Shown: one piece after another, positions 45,859 to 55,545 of the stretch
Numbering within the stretch: position 1 is the stretch's first letter
How the letters are laid out: each line of letters begins with the position of its first letter
From: an uncultured Ruminococcus sp.
GTDB lineage: Bacteria > Bacillota > Clostridia > Oscillospirales > Acutalibacteraceae
NCBI GenBank assembly: GCA_902801245.1
Contig: CADCHW010000001.1
Location: 9,626 to 73,625 of the forward strand
Length of the DNA: 64,000 nucleotides
Reading direction: 5' to 3'
Program-made: the position numbers and the translations under genes
Notes under the pieces: generated by a model
What the model saw: only the letters and a program-made list of their open reading frames with translations
The model's database searches: none
Told to the model about the DNA's origin: nothing

Positions 45859-46811
45859 ATTTTCAATTCTCTTCCCGGTAAAATTCTTCCGATTAACGAA
45901 CCCTCGTCAACAATGGGATATTCTCTGATTGTGAAGAGAATACCGTCACAGTCGGCAGTCACAGTCGTTAAGACCTTTCCCGACAGCGGGTCGATAATAT
46001 CGCCGATATGCTGACCCTCGGTGACGTTCGTCCAGTGCTTTGTGTGAGCAACGAACAAACCCGACTTCTCGGCATTCAAAAATGAAATGGGGTCTTCATC
46101 ATAAACCACAAGCGGCTTGCGGACGTTCGGAACTTCACCGCTCCACATTCCCAGCGATGACATAAGATTGAAAATTCCGTCCGTAAGCTGTTCGCAGTAG
46201 GATTTTGTTATCCTCATTCCAACACCCATTTCAACAACCAGAGTAGGCACTCCCACAGCGTTCATAGAGTGTGCCAGAGTAGATTCGAGTACAGTCGCCG
46301 ACGGGTGAACCCATATCAAATCAATATTTATTTTCTCGGCAATCGGAACAAGCTTTTTACCGAAAATAGTGTTGATTCTGACCTGAGGTATTTCCGTAAG
46401 AAAAATATTGCTTGCATGAATATCTATGCAAACGTCCGAACCCTCCAAATCCGTGACAATACCGTTTGCGATATGCTCAAGCATATAACCCTCGCTGTCA
46501 CCGGGGAACATTCTGTTCATATCCAAATCGAATGCGGGAATACCTCTTGTAATGGAATCAATGCCTATGGGATTGATAGCCGGATAGATGTCTATAATTC
46601 CGTTTAGGCATTCGGGGTGTTCATTAATTCTTTTCTGAACAAGATAGCATACATACTGACCCTCAAGCTCGTCACCGTGAGTTCCTGTTACAATGCTTAT
46701 TCTTTTTAAGTTATCGGTGTTCTCGGGGGCAATACGATTTTTCTTGATTCTTAAACTTTCATCACAGGGCAAATCAGCCTGCGTTACTGTTTGTATCATG
46801 TACTTCCTCAA
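45855..46811 (-). CDS. AstE/AspA-family zinc deacylase (M14-like)
   Basis: GTHGDELEG (HxxE) and DIHAS metal-site motifs; ATGA overlap with the downstream paralog. Confidence 0.8.
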   Translation of the reverse strand: MRKYMIQTVTQADLPCDESLRIKKNRIAPENTDNLKRISIVTGTHGDELEGQYVCYLVQKRINEHPECLNGIIDIYPAINPIGIDSITRGIPAFDLDMNRMFPGDSEGYMLEHIANGIVTDLEGSDVCIDIHASNIFLTEIPQVRINTIFGKKLVPIAEKINIDLIWVHPSATVLESTLAHSMNAVGVPTLVVEMGVGMRITKSYCEQLTDGIFNLMSSLGMWSGEVPNVRKPLVVYDEDPISFLNAEKSGLFVAHTKHWTNVTEGQHIGDIIDPLSGKVLTTVTADCDGILFTIREYPIVDEGSLIGRILPGRELKI

Positions 46812-47580
46812 CTTTCACATATATTTTCTGCGACTGAGTACCGCTGCCACGGAATATTCCTCTGTTGACGCTGCAATCGGCACTGTCACGTCCTGTGGAA
46901 ATAACGATGTGATTTTCGCTGACCTCCACATCATTAGTAGGGTCTAAGCCGTACCATTTGCCGTCCGAGTAAATCTCCGTCCAAGCGTGAGTTTCACCCT
47001 CACCCATAAGCAGACCCGTCACATATCGGCAGGGAATACCCAGACTTCGGCAAATCGAAAGCATTGACTGTGAGTAATCCTGACACACTCCTTTACCGAG
47101 TGCAAAGGATTCCTCCGCACTTGTAGCAATGCTTGTCGCTTTGGGAACGTATTCAAAGTGCTTGTAAACCTCGTGCATAATATAGCGTGATTTTTCAAGG
47201 TTGTCACCCTCGGGCAGACTGAGCTTCTTTCGGAACTCAGTCAATGATTCTCCCGATTTTGTGAGAGGTGTCTGCACTTTGAACAGTCCAAGCATAGACG
47301 GATTCACGTCCTCATCGTAAAATCCGCCGTTCATCTCGCACACACCCTCCACGGTTACACTGAACAGGGTGTGTTCTTCTGAAATACTGCCGTATCGGGT
47401 AAGGTTTCCGAAACCGTCCGTGCCGTCGGACAGCTTAACATTCGGGGTAATCTCGAAGTTAAGTTCGCTCACTGTCTGACGGCTTCCCGACTTCGGCAGG
47501 CATTTCAGCTTAAAATTGTGATTAGAAATAGGGCTTGTAAACTCGATTGTCATATTGTAGTGAAACTTTAGTTTCTTCAA
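46774..47580 (-). CDS. Transglutaminase-like cysteine protease-fold protein
   Basis: GKGVCQDYS...THAWTE...DPTND Cys-His-Asp triad; N-terminal Bact_transglu_N-like region. Confidence 0.85.
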   Translation of the reverse strand: MKKLKFHYNMTIEFTSPISNHNFKLKCLPKSGSRQTVSELNFEITPNVKLSDGTDGFGNLTRYGSISEEHTLFSVTVEGVCEMNGGFYDEDVNPSMLGLFKVQTPLTKSGESLTEFRKKLSLPEGDNLEKSRYIMHEVYKHFEYVPKATSIATSAEESFALGKGVCQDYSQSMLSICRSLGIPCRYVTGLLMGEGETHAWTEIYSDGKWYGLDPTNDVEVSENHIVISTGRDSADCSVNRGIFRGSGTQSQKIYVKVEEVHDTNSNAG

Positions 47581-47581
47581 A

Positions 47582-48250
47582 TTATATCTCCACCAAACTT
47601 TCTATATTTTCTACAATATTATAATAGTCTACTTTTTCACTTTCTGCAAGCATTTTTATTTCTTCCAGCTTAAATTTATTGTAAGGAAGTCCGCTGACGG
47701 GCAAACGGTAGTATAATTTTGAGATTTCCTTACTAAGCTGTGCTCTCGGAACTTTGAGTCTTGCGTACAAATCAATACGTTCAAGACGTTTTCCTACCTT
47801 GATTGCATCTCGTGTACGCTTGCTGTCGATTGAATCGTCCATATATCCCCAGAAAGCGAGAATGTGGTCGATAAGCTTCTGAATCTCCAGCATAGGAGAA
47901 TGACTTTTTTCCGCTTTCTGAATGTCATACATGGAAAGCTGAATGTAGCTCAGACCGTCCGAGCCTATTTCGTCACGCAGAATAATGGCATTGTCATAAG
48001 CTCTTGTCATATTGCTGATAATACTGTCGGGGTTGTCATTGTCAAACGCATAGCTTTTGATGAAGTTGTCCTTTGAACCGTAGATATCGGGAATATTCAT
48101 ATCAATGCAGAATTTCTGATAACTTTCCGCAATCTCGTCAATCATTGTGTCATAATGATTTGCATAAAGCTTTACAGTGGTGTACACTCTCTCGGTGTAT
48201 CTTCCAAGCCAGAAAAGGCTGTCGTTTTGTTCTATCGTGATAATACCCAT
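47582..48250 (-). CDS. Alpha-E domain protein
   Basis: N-terminal LFWLGRYTER motif characteristic of alpha-E domains; adjacent to the circularly permuted ATP-grasp gene. Confidence 0.8.
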   Translation of the reverse strand: MGIITIEQNDSLFWLGRYTERVYTTVKLYANHYDTMIDEIAESYQKFCIDMNIPDIYGSKDNFIKSYAFDNDNPDSIISNMTRAYDNAIILRDEIGSDGLSYIQLSMYDIQKAEKSHSPMLEIQKLIDHILAFWGYMDDSIDSKRTRDAIKVGKRLERIDLYARLKVPRAQLSKEISKLYYRLPVSGLPYNKFKLEEIKMLAESEKVDYYNIVENIESLVEI

Positions 48251-49572
48251 GTGTCTTTAAATCCTCCGCCCTGTGATGAATTAACTATGAATGAATCGGG
48301 GTTTCTTGAATATCTTGTCAAGCCCGAACGCCAAACAAGCGGTTCGTCCGCCATAAGAACAAATGCTCTCAAATCGGCTTTTCTCGGAACGATATTGCCG
48401 TCATCGAGAATTTCCAAATCCTTGAAATCGATAACTTCCTGACCGATAAATCTTCTCGGTTCGCTCTTAAGGAGATTAATGAAATCTTCCTTTTCGGTAC
48501 TCGAAAGCTTGCTTCCGAAAACAACACCGTAACCGCCTGCTTCCGCAACATCTTTCAGTACGAGATTGTCGAAATTGTCGAGAACATATTTCATATCCTC
48601 TTCGTAGAAAGGAAGATATGTTGGAGCATTGTTAAGTATAGGCTCTTCACCAAGATAATACTTAATCATTTTCGGTACAAAATAATAGATACCCTTGTCG
48701 TCTGCCACACCGTTTCCGGGAGCATTGATAATAGCAACGTTGCCCTTTTTGAACACATCGAAAATATGAGGAATACCGATAAGCGATTCGGAATTGAAAT
48801 TTATCGGGTCGAGATACTCGTCACTGATACGTCTGTAAACAGCACCCACACGCTCTTTCTTGCCGCTTGCGTCGAGATAGTAAAGCTTGTCGTCCTCAAC
48901 TGTCAACGCATTGTTTGTGACAAGGTGAGCACCTGTTCTTTCTGCAAGATAGGAATGCTCAAAGTAAGCGGCATTGTATCTGCCGGGTGTGAGGATAACC
49001 GTGTGACCGCCGACATTGACGTTATCCATTGTACGTCTGAGTAGGTCGGCATAGTTTCTGTTGTCCTCGATAGCAGTGTTTGCGAAAACATCGGGAGCGG
49101 AGCGGCGGCACAAATCTCTTGCTATCATAGGGTAGGAAGCACCCGAGGGAACTCTGAGATTATCCTCCAGTATGTACCAGCCTCCGTCCTTGGACTGAAC
49201 AAGGTCAATTCCCGAAATGTGGCTGTAAATGTCGTTTACAGGGAAAGCTCCCTCCATTTGCGGCATATAGCCGCTGCTTGCAAAGATGAAATCTTCCGGT
49301 ACAATACCGTCCTTAACGATACTTTTCTTGCTGTAGATATCCTTTAAAAATAAGTTCAAAGCGACAACTCTCTGCTTTAAACCTTTTTCCAGTACCGCAA
49401 ATTCGTCTGCTTTGATAATTCTGGGAATTGAGTCAAACGGAAAAAGCTGTTCTTTAAAGGTGTTATTCTTGTATATTCCAAACTTAACTCCGTATCTTGC
49501 GAGAAGCTCATTGACGGAGTCGGTATATTCAAGAAGCTTATACATGTCTTCCATAAAATCACAACCTAACAA
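48232..49572 (-). CDS. Circularly permuted type-2 ATP-grasp protein
   Basis: 446 aa, composition and order as in CP_ATPgrasp_2 proteins; first gene of the operon; likely true start is the ATG at 49554 (MEDMYKLL). Confidence 0.8.
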   Translation of the reverse strand: MLGCDFMEDMYKLLEYTDSVNELLARYGVKFGIYKNNTFKEQLFPFDSIPRIIKADEFAVLEKGLKQRVVALNLFLKDIYSKKSIVKDGIVPEDFIFASSGYMPQMEGAFPVNDIYSHISGIDLVQSKDGGWYILEDNLRVPSGASYPMIARDLCRRSAPDVFANTAIEDNRNYADLLRRTMDNVNVGGHTVILTPGRYNAAYFEHSYLAERTGAHLVTNNALTVEDDKLYYLDASGKKERVGAVYRRISDEYLDPINFNSESLIGIPHIFDVFKKGNVAIINAPGNGVADDKGIYYFVPKMIKYYLGEEPILNNAPTYLPFYEEDMKYVLDNFDNLVLKDVAEAGGYGVVFGSKLSSTEKEDFINLLKSEPRRFIGQEVIDFKDLEILDDGNIVPRKADLRAFVLMADEPLVWRSGLTRYSRNPDSFIVNSSQGGGFKDTWVLSR

Positions 49573-49631
49573 AAAAACTAAAAAGGCAAAGACATCAATC
49601 GAATTTTAATCGATTTGACATCTTTGCCTTT
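49571..49631 (-). terminator. Intrinsic terminator (or stand-alone small RNA) in the leader of the ATP-grasp operon
   Basis: On the minus strand a ~21-bp stem (AAAGGCAAAGAUGUCAAAUCGA / UCGAUUGAUGUCUUUGCCUUU, two G:U pairs, one bulge) followed by TTTTTAGTTTTTTT, ending just before the start codon. Confidence 0.7.
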
Positions 49632-49641
49632 TACTTATTTA

Positions 49642-49670
49642 ATTATATTACTAATTTTTTTCTTTGTCAA
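49642..49670 (-). promoter_or_regulatory. Consensus sigma-A promoter directly upstream of the leader hairpin
   Basis: Minus strand TTGACA, 17 nt spacer, TATAAT; predicted TSS only a few nt before the hairpin. Confidence 0.7.
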
Positions 49671-49741
49671 TAAAAATTCCGACGAAAATAATGTTAATTT
49701 TGACAAACTTCTTGATAATTTTTGCTATATCTTTCGGCGGA

Positions 49742-49988
49742 GCGAAGCTTGTTAAAGTTTGGTCAAGCTTTTCAAAGCTTGCGGGGTGCAGGGGCAGAGC
49801 CCCGCTCGCTGACGGAAAAAATTTGCAAAGAAAAGCAAACTACCCTCAGCGAAACTGAACAAACTATCAACAGCAAAATAAAAAAACAATCATAAAAACA
49901 ATATGTTCCGACATAAATAAAAGCAGGCAAGAGCGTATCGAATTGCCGATTTTAGAAAGATAACTTACGATTTGATTTCGACTGTACA
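49742..49988 (+). repeat. Family A repeat, copy A3
   Basis: GCGAAGCTTGTTAAAGTTTGGTCAAGC... core plus the CAGGCAAGAGCGTATCGAATTGCCG block; ends ...TCGACTGTACA. Confidence 0.85.
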
Positions 49989-49992
49989 TTTT

Positions 49993-50904
49993 TTAGTCTA
50001 TATTGCCAACCGTAAGTCTTTTCAAAATATCAATATACACCGAAGTAAGATATGACGGGTGTATTCCCGACGGCAGAATATACCCGATTTCCATATAATC
50101 ATCAACATCAAGCGTTCTTGCTATTATATTTGACCCATTCAGCTCCTCATTAATAACACCGCTGCAAATTGTGTAGCCGTTCAATCCAACCAGTAAATTA
50201 AAAAGCGTTGCACGGTCGCAAACTACAATTTCCTTGTCACAATCAGTCACACTGAGAATTTCCTCCGAAAAGTAGAAAGAATTGTGACTTCCCTGTTCAT
50301 AAGAAAGACGTGGATAAGGCTTTAAATCTTCAAGAGTTAAAATATCCTTTTCCGCAAGCGGACTGTTTTTCCCTATAAAAACGTGCGGCTCTGCAATAAA
50401 TAAAGTATGAAACACAAGTCCGTTATCTTTAATGACTTTTTTTATCACGGTTTCGTTAAATCGGTTGAGATACAGCACACCTATTTCACTTCTCAGATGT
50501 GCAACATCATTAATGATTTCATACGTCTGTGTTTCACGCATATGAAATTCGTATTTATCCCCGATATGCTCTTTGAGCAGCTCGACAAACGCTTCCACAA
50601 CAAATGAATAATGCTGTGACGAAACACAAAATCTTTGCTTTCCCGGAGCTTTACCGTTGTATCTTTCCTCAATCAGATTGGTTTGTTCTATAACCTGCCG
50701 TGCATATCCCAAAAATTCATCACCCTCGGCGGTGAGCTTAATGCCTTTGTTGGAGCGTGTAAAGATGTTTATGCGATATTCCTTTTCAAGCTCGTGAATT
50801 GCCGAGGTTAGGCTCGGCTGTGCGATATAAAGCGATTTTGCGGCTTCCGTGACAGAACCCGTTTCAGCGACCTTTATTACATATTGAAGCTGTTTCAGTG
50901 TCAT
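49993..50904 (-). CDS. LysR-family transcriptional regulator (divergent from metE)
   Basis: N-terminal HTH MTLKQLQYVIKVAETGSVTEAAKSLYIAQPSLTSAI; LysR substrate-binding C-domain. Confidence 0.88.
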   Translation of the reverse strand: MTLKQLQYVIKVAETGSVTEAAKSLYIAQPSLTSAIHELEKEYRINIFTRSNKGIKLTAEGDEFLGYARQVIEQTNLIEERYNGKAPGKQRFCVSSQHYSFVVEAFVELLKEHIGDKYEFHMRETQTYEIINDVAHLRSEIGVLYLNRFNETVIKKVIKDNGLVFHTLFIAEPHVFIGKNSPLAEKDILTLEDLKPYPRLSYEQGSHNSFYFSEEILSVTDCDKEIVVCDRATLFNLLVGLNGYTICSGVINEELNGSNIIARTLDVDDYMEIGYILPSGIHPSYLTSVYIDILKRLTVGNID

Positions 50905-50952
50905 TATCGTTACTCCTTAAAAATAGATTTCAAAATGATTATAGCACATATC

Positions 50953-50967
50953 ATAGGAAAAATCTAT
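50953..50967. promoter_or_regulatory. Candidate LysR T-N11-A box in the lysR/metE divergent region
   Basis: ATAGGAAAAATCTAT (ATAG-N7-CTAT) between the divergent genes. Confidence 0.35.
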
Positions 50968-51075
50968 GGTACACATAAATTTTTTATATTTTACATACTA
51001 AAAAGATAGGTTTATAATGTATTTCAGAAAGTTCTTTCAGGAGAACAAATAAAAAATAAAAAGGAGAAAACAGAG

Positions 51076-53349
51076 ATGAAAACATCGGTTATAGGTTTCC
51101 CGAGAGTGGGAGAGCTTCGTGAATTGAAGTTCGCAACGGAGAAGTATTGGCGAGGAGATATTTCCGAAAAGGAACTCCGTGATACAGCAAAGGATATCAG
51201 AAAGAAGAACTGGAGCATTCAGCAGGAGAAAGGCATTGACTTTATTTCGTCCAATGACTTTTCTTTCTATGACAATCTTCTCGACACTGCGTATGCGTTC
51301 AACATAGTTCCGAAAAGATACAAGGAACTCGGACTTTCCGATATCGATACATACTTTGCAATGGCAAGAGGTTATCAGGGTGAAAAGGGTGACGTTAAAG
51401 CCCTTGCTATGAAGAAGTGGTTTAACACAAACTACCATTATATGGTACCCGAATTTGACGACGGCACGGAAGTTAAGCTTGCAGGCACAAAGGCTTTGGA
51501 CGAATACAGTGAAGCGAAAGCTTTAGGCATTCAAACAAAAACCGTAATTGCAGGACCTTTTACTCTGCTTAAGCTTACAAGATTTACGGGCAGTACAAAA
51601 GCCGAGGATATCGCAGACCGTCTTGCGGAAAGCTATATCGAGCTTATTTTGAAGCTTTCGGAAGCGGGTGAAGAGTGGGTACAGCTTGACGAGCCTTATC
51701 TTGTCCGTGACTTAACGGAAGAAGATATCGCTTTGTTTGAAAAGCTTTACAAGAAAATTTTATCGGAGAAAAACGTGAAAATCCTCTTACAGACTTATTT
51801 CGGAGATGTGAGAGATATTTACAAAAAGCTTGTATCGCTTGATTTCGATGCAGTCGGACTGGACTTTATCGAGGGCATAAAGACAGCCGAACTCATTAAG
51901 GAGTACGGTTTCCCGAAAGATAAAATCCTTTTTGCAGGACTTCTTAACGGAAAGAACATTTGGAGAAACAACTATAAGAAAACACTTGAAACAATCTTCG
52001 ACCTAAAAGCACTCGGCATTAACACTGTTCTCTCGACATCGTGTTCACTTCTCCATGTGCCGTTTACACTCAGAAACGAGAGCAAACTTCCGCAGAAATA
52101 CACGGAGCATTTCGCATTTGCGGAGGAAAAGCTTTCGGAGCTTTTGGAATTGTCGTCGCTTGCCAATGCAGAGAATTTTGCGGAGATAGCAGGCGATTCA
52201 GAGTACACAGCAAACGAGAAATTGTTTAAGAACAGACCCGACGTTGTTATAGAGAAAGTACAGAATCGTGTAAGCAGTATCAAGGAAAGCGATTACACAA
52301 GACTTCCCGTTTTCGAGGAGAGAGAAAAAATTCAGAAAGAGGTTTTCAATCTCCCATTGTTCCCGACAACCACTATAGGTTCGTTCCCTCAGACGCAGGA
52401 CGTTAAACAAAACAGAAGTGCGTTCCGTAAGGGTGAAATCACTTTGGAACAGTACAAGGATTTTAACAAAAAGAAAATCCTGTCGTGTGTTCGTGAGCAG
52501 GAGGAAATCGGTCTTGACGTAATCGTACACGGAGAGTACGAACGAAACGATATGGTAGAGTACTTCGGCGAGCATTTGGAGGGTTATCTCTTCACGGAAA
52601 AAGCGTGGGTGCAGTCATACGGCACACGCTGTGTAAAGCCGCCGATTATCTGGGGCGACGTAAGCAGACGTGAAGCAATAACGTTAGAGTGGTCGGCATA
52701 TGCAAAAAGCTGTACCGATAAGCCTGTTAAGGGTATGCTCACGGGACCTGTTACAATTCTCAATTGGTCTTTCCCGAGAGAGGATATCTCCGTTAAAGAA
52801 AGTACACTTCAAATCGCACTTGCTATCCGTGACGAGGTGCTTGACCTTGAAGCCAACGGCATTAATATCATTCAGATTGACGAAGCGGCTCTCAGAGAAA
52901 AACTTCCGCTCAGAAAGTCCGATTGGTATTCGCAGTACCTTGATTGGGCAATTCCTGCATTCAGACTTGTGCACAGCGGTGTGAAACCCGAAACTCAGAT
53001 TCATACGCATATGTGTTACAGTGAGTTTACGGATATTATTCCGGCTATCGACAATATGGACGCAGATGTAATTACATTTGAAGCGTCACGTTCCGACCTG
53101 CTTATCCTCGATTCCTTAAAGGCGAATAACTTCAAAACGGAAGTAGGCCCCGGAGTTTACGATATACATTCCCCAAGAGTTCCGTCGGAAGAGGAGATTG
53201 TTTCCGCACTTGAAAAGATGCTCGGAAAAATCGATAAAGAGAAGCTTTGGGTAAACCCCGACTGCGGACTTAAAACAAGAGGGGAAACGGAAACTAAAGC
53301 GTCACTTGTAAATCTTGTTGCAGCGGCTAAGAAGCTGAGAAATAAATAA
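51076..53349 (+). CDS. metE: Cobalamin-independent methionine synthase
   Basis: 757 aa; [18 protein letters not shown] start; C-terminal zinc-site HMCYSEF and CGLKTR motifs. Confidence 0.95.
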   Translation: MKTSVIGFPRVGELRELKFATEKYWRGDISEKELRDTAKDIRKKNWSIQQEKGIDFISSNDFSFYDNLLDTAYAFNIVPKRYKELGLSDIDTYFAMARGYQGEKGDVKALAMKKWFNTNYHYMVPEFDDGTEVKLAGTKALDEYSEAKALGIQTKTVIAGPFTLLKLTRFTGSTKAEDIADRLAESYIELILKLSEAGEEWVQLDEPYLVRDLTEEDIALFEKLYKKILSEKNVKILLQTYFGDVRDIYKKLVSLDFDAVGLDFIEGIKTAELIKEYGFPKDKILFAGLLNGKNIWRNNYKKTLETIFDLKALGINTVLSTSCSLLHVPFTLRNESKLPQKYTEHFAFAEEKLSELLELSSLANAENFAEIAGDSEYTANEKLFKNRPDVVIEKVQNRVSSIKESDYTRLPVFEEREKIQKEVFNLPLFPTTTIGSFPQTQDVKQNRSAFRKGEITLEQYKDFNKKKILSCVREQEEIGLDVIVHGEYERNDMVEYFGEHLEGYLFTEKAWVQSYGTRCVKPPIIWGDVSRREAITLEWSAYAKSCTDKPVKGMLTGPVTILNWSFPREDISVKESTLQIALAIRDEVLDLEANGINIIQIDEAALREKLPLRKSDWYSQYLDWAIPAFRLVHSGVKPETQIHTHMCYSEFTDIIPAIDNMDADVITFEASRSDLLILDSLKANNFKTEVGPGVYDIHSPRVPSEEEIVSALEKMLGKIDKEKLWVNPDCGLKTRGETETKASLVNLVAAAKKLRNK

Positions 53350-53378
53350 AGTTGAAAAGAATACATATAAATCCTACA

Positions 53379-53528
53379 CCGGCAGGAAATACGTGAAGAC
53401 AGTCCTCTTTATATTTACTTTATGCACCCGACCGAAAATCAATTTTAACAACGAGGTATCGGTCGGGTACGTGAAGTGAAAATTTTAAACAAAAGCTGCT
53501 TTACATGTTTCCTGCGGACGTTGTCCGC
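53379..53528 (+). repeat. Family B palindromic repeat, full copy (B3)
   Basis: CCGGCAGGAAATACGTGAAGACAGTC...CACCCGACCGAAAA / TATCGGTCGGGTACGTGAAG...CATGTTTCCTGCGG, then hairpin GCGGACGTTGTCCGC. Confidence 0.8.
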
Positions 53529-53703
53529 CGAATAATTTCTAATTTTTTTCCTGTATACAGGGGTTGAAATATAAATAAAATGTGATAAAATAGTATTAGC
53601 CGATTTTTGATAGGCATTTTATTTTTTAGTCTATAACCTATTAAACATATATTTTTTATATAAATTGGATATATATGATGTTGTGCGAAAGGAGTGTTGC
53701 AGA

Positions 53704-54702
53704 ATGTATAATGTATGTCTATTTTTGGAAAGCAGCACTTTATTGGCAAAGCTTACATCTTTGCATATATGGGGAGAAGAAACACAATTTGAAATTCAGG
53801 CTGTTTGCAGTGACTTCAATTCTCTTTTAAAGCAGGTCAAAAACAAAAGTTTTGATTTGCTTATAGCCGAAAACAGTTTGGTTGAATTTGATGATTACTT
53901 AAAATTTCTCGATATAAAAAACAATAAACAATGCCGTCATATAGTACTTTGCAGCGAAAACGGCGATTTTCAATCCGCAAGAAAAGGAATTCTTATAGGA
54001 GCAGAGGATTATTTCATACTTCCGTTTGACGAAATTCTGATACTTTCATTGTTTGATAAAATAAAGAATAAGCACATCAACAGTGACGAGAGGATAAAAA
54101 GCTCGATAGATAAATTCGCCGATAAGCTGTCGGTTCTGTTTATAAATCGGTCTAATGATATATACAGTTACCTTGAATATATTAACGGCTATAAAGTAGC
54201 CGCCGAAACAATCGATAAAGCACTGGGCATTATTTTTCAAAAAAATGATTGGCTGGATTTGTACTTTAACGAGTTTGATTTTAAATCCTCAAACGTTTCG
54301 GAGTTTTCGGAGCAGAAAAGCAGATTTATAGGACTTTACGAATCATATATCAATTTGTACCCTCACCACAACGAAACTCTTGATGATGTTATAAAATATA
54401 TTCTTTATAATCCCGAAAGCGATTTAAGACAAAAAGCTCTTTCCGAGGAGCTGCATATAAATAAATCTTATCTCAGTACAATTTTTATTGCTCAGACAAA
54501 TATAAGATTTGTTGATTATATTTCAAATATAAAGCTTCTGCGAGCGGCTTGGCTGTTAAAGAATACCGAAATGAAGGTCGGTGAGATAGCACAGAAAATA
54601 GACTATAAAGATGTTGCCTATTTTTCAAAGCAGTTCAAAAAGAGCTTCAGCTGTTCTCCGTCGGAGTACAGATTGCCGGACAATTATCATTTTGAAATTT
54701 AA
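53704..54702 (+). CDS. AraC-family regulator with a degenerate (pseudo-)receiver domain
   Basis: Start at MYNV after AAAGGAG; C-terminal AraC HTH (GEIAQKIDYKDVAYFSKQFKK); N-terminal CheY-like fold with key residues replaced. Confidence 0.75.
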   Translation: MYNVCLFLESSTLLAKLTSLHIWGEETQFEIQAVCSDFNSLLKQVKNKSFDLLIAENSLVEFDDYLKFLDIKNNKQCRHIVLCSENGDFQSARKGILIGAEDYFILPFDEILILSLFDKIKNKHINSDERIKSSIDKFADKLSVLFINRSNDIYSYLEYINGYKVAAETIDKALGIIFQKNDWLDLYFNEFDFKSSNVSEFSEQKSRFIGLYESYINLYPHHNETLDDVIKYILYNPESDLRQKALSEELHINKSYLSTIFIAQTNIRFVDYISNIKLLRAAWLLKNTEMKVGEIAQKIDYKDVAYFSKQFKKSFSCSPSEYRLPDNYHFEI

Positions 54703-54752
54703 TAAAGACTGTAAAGGCTGTTACACGGTAAAATGTGTAACAGCCGAATTTT

Positions 54753-55337
54753 TTATGACATACACAGCTTTATGCTTGAAGTAATAATATTTCCCACAAT
54801 CTGGGAAATCTCTTCGGGTGTTTCCTCCAAGCCGTCGTCAAGCCACTTCTGAATTATCCCTACACAACCGTTGCGAATGAACGAAACATAAAGCTGCAAA
54901 CGCTTTTCGTCCGTAGGTTCATCGGGTGTGGAAATTTCCCATAAATAACAGCACCTGTCCTCAACAAGCTGCTTGATTTTATTGAAAAATCTCATATCAC
55001 AGTTTGCACTGAAAAATATACGGCACATCTGCTGATTCTCCGCAAGGAATGTAAAAATTGCCTTTAAATACGGGTAAGCAGCTGCGTCGTCTTTAGGTGT
55101 GGCCGCATTCAGAACATTGTTGAATTTCATAAAAAAATCGTCCTCAATTTGGTAAAGCAAATCGAACACATCGGAGTAGTGAAAATAAAATGTACCCCTG
55201 TTTATGTCAACAAGATTTGTAAGTTCTTTAACTGTAATGTTATTAATCGGCTTTTCCTGCATTAACGTCAAAAGTCCGTCTTGAAGTTTTTTCTTAGTAT
55301 TTCTTACGCTTCGATTTTCATTGCCGCTTTTGTTCAT
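54753..55337 (-). CDS. TetR/AcrR-family transcriptional regulator
   Basis: Start at MNKSGNEN after AAGGAGG; HTH ITVKELTNLVDINRGTFYFHY. Confidence 0.85.
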   Translation of the reverse strand: MNKSGNENRSVRNTKKKLQDGLLTLMQEKPINNITVKELTNLVDINRGTFYFHYSDVFDLLYQIEDDFFMKFNNVLNAATPKDDAAAYPYLKAIFTFLAENQQMCRIFFSANCDMRFFNKIKQLVEDRCCYLWEISTPDEPTDEKRLQLYVSFIRNGCVGIIQKWLDDGLEETPEEISQIVGNIITSSIKLCMS

Positions 55338-55474
55338 AAAAAATTCCTCCTTTTTTCTCAACACTAAACCGCATAAGCGTTGAATATTAAACGTTATGTA
55401 TAAAATTGTTGGTTGACTATTGCACTTGCAGTTAATATAATAGATTATAGTCTAAAATTCAACATCTGTCAAGT

Positions 55475-55545
55475 GACGGACAACGCCCGCTGGAAACATG
55501 TGAAGATAATCCTTTTAAATTTTATTTTTATGAACCCGACCAAAG
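55475..55545 (-). repeat. Family B repeat, partial copy (B4), inverted orientation
   Basis: Reverse complement reads ...GGTCGGGTTCAT...GGATTATCTTCACATGTTTCCAGCGGGCGTTGTCCGTC. Confidence 0.7.

Noticed and set aside
50905-51075. SAM, cobalamin or T-box riboswitch in the metE leader
   Set aside because: The spacer is only about 170 nt and AT-rich, and I could recognise none of the conserved riboswitch cores. A divergent LysR regulator with a T-N11-A box is a sufficient explanation.
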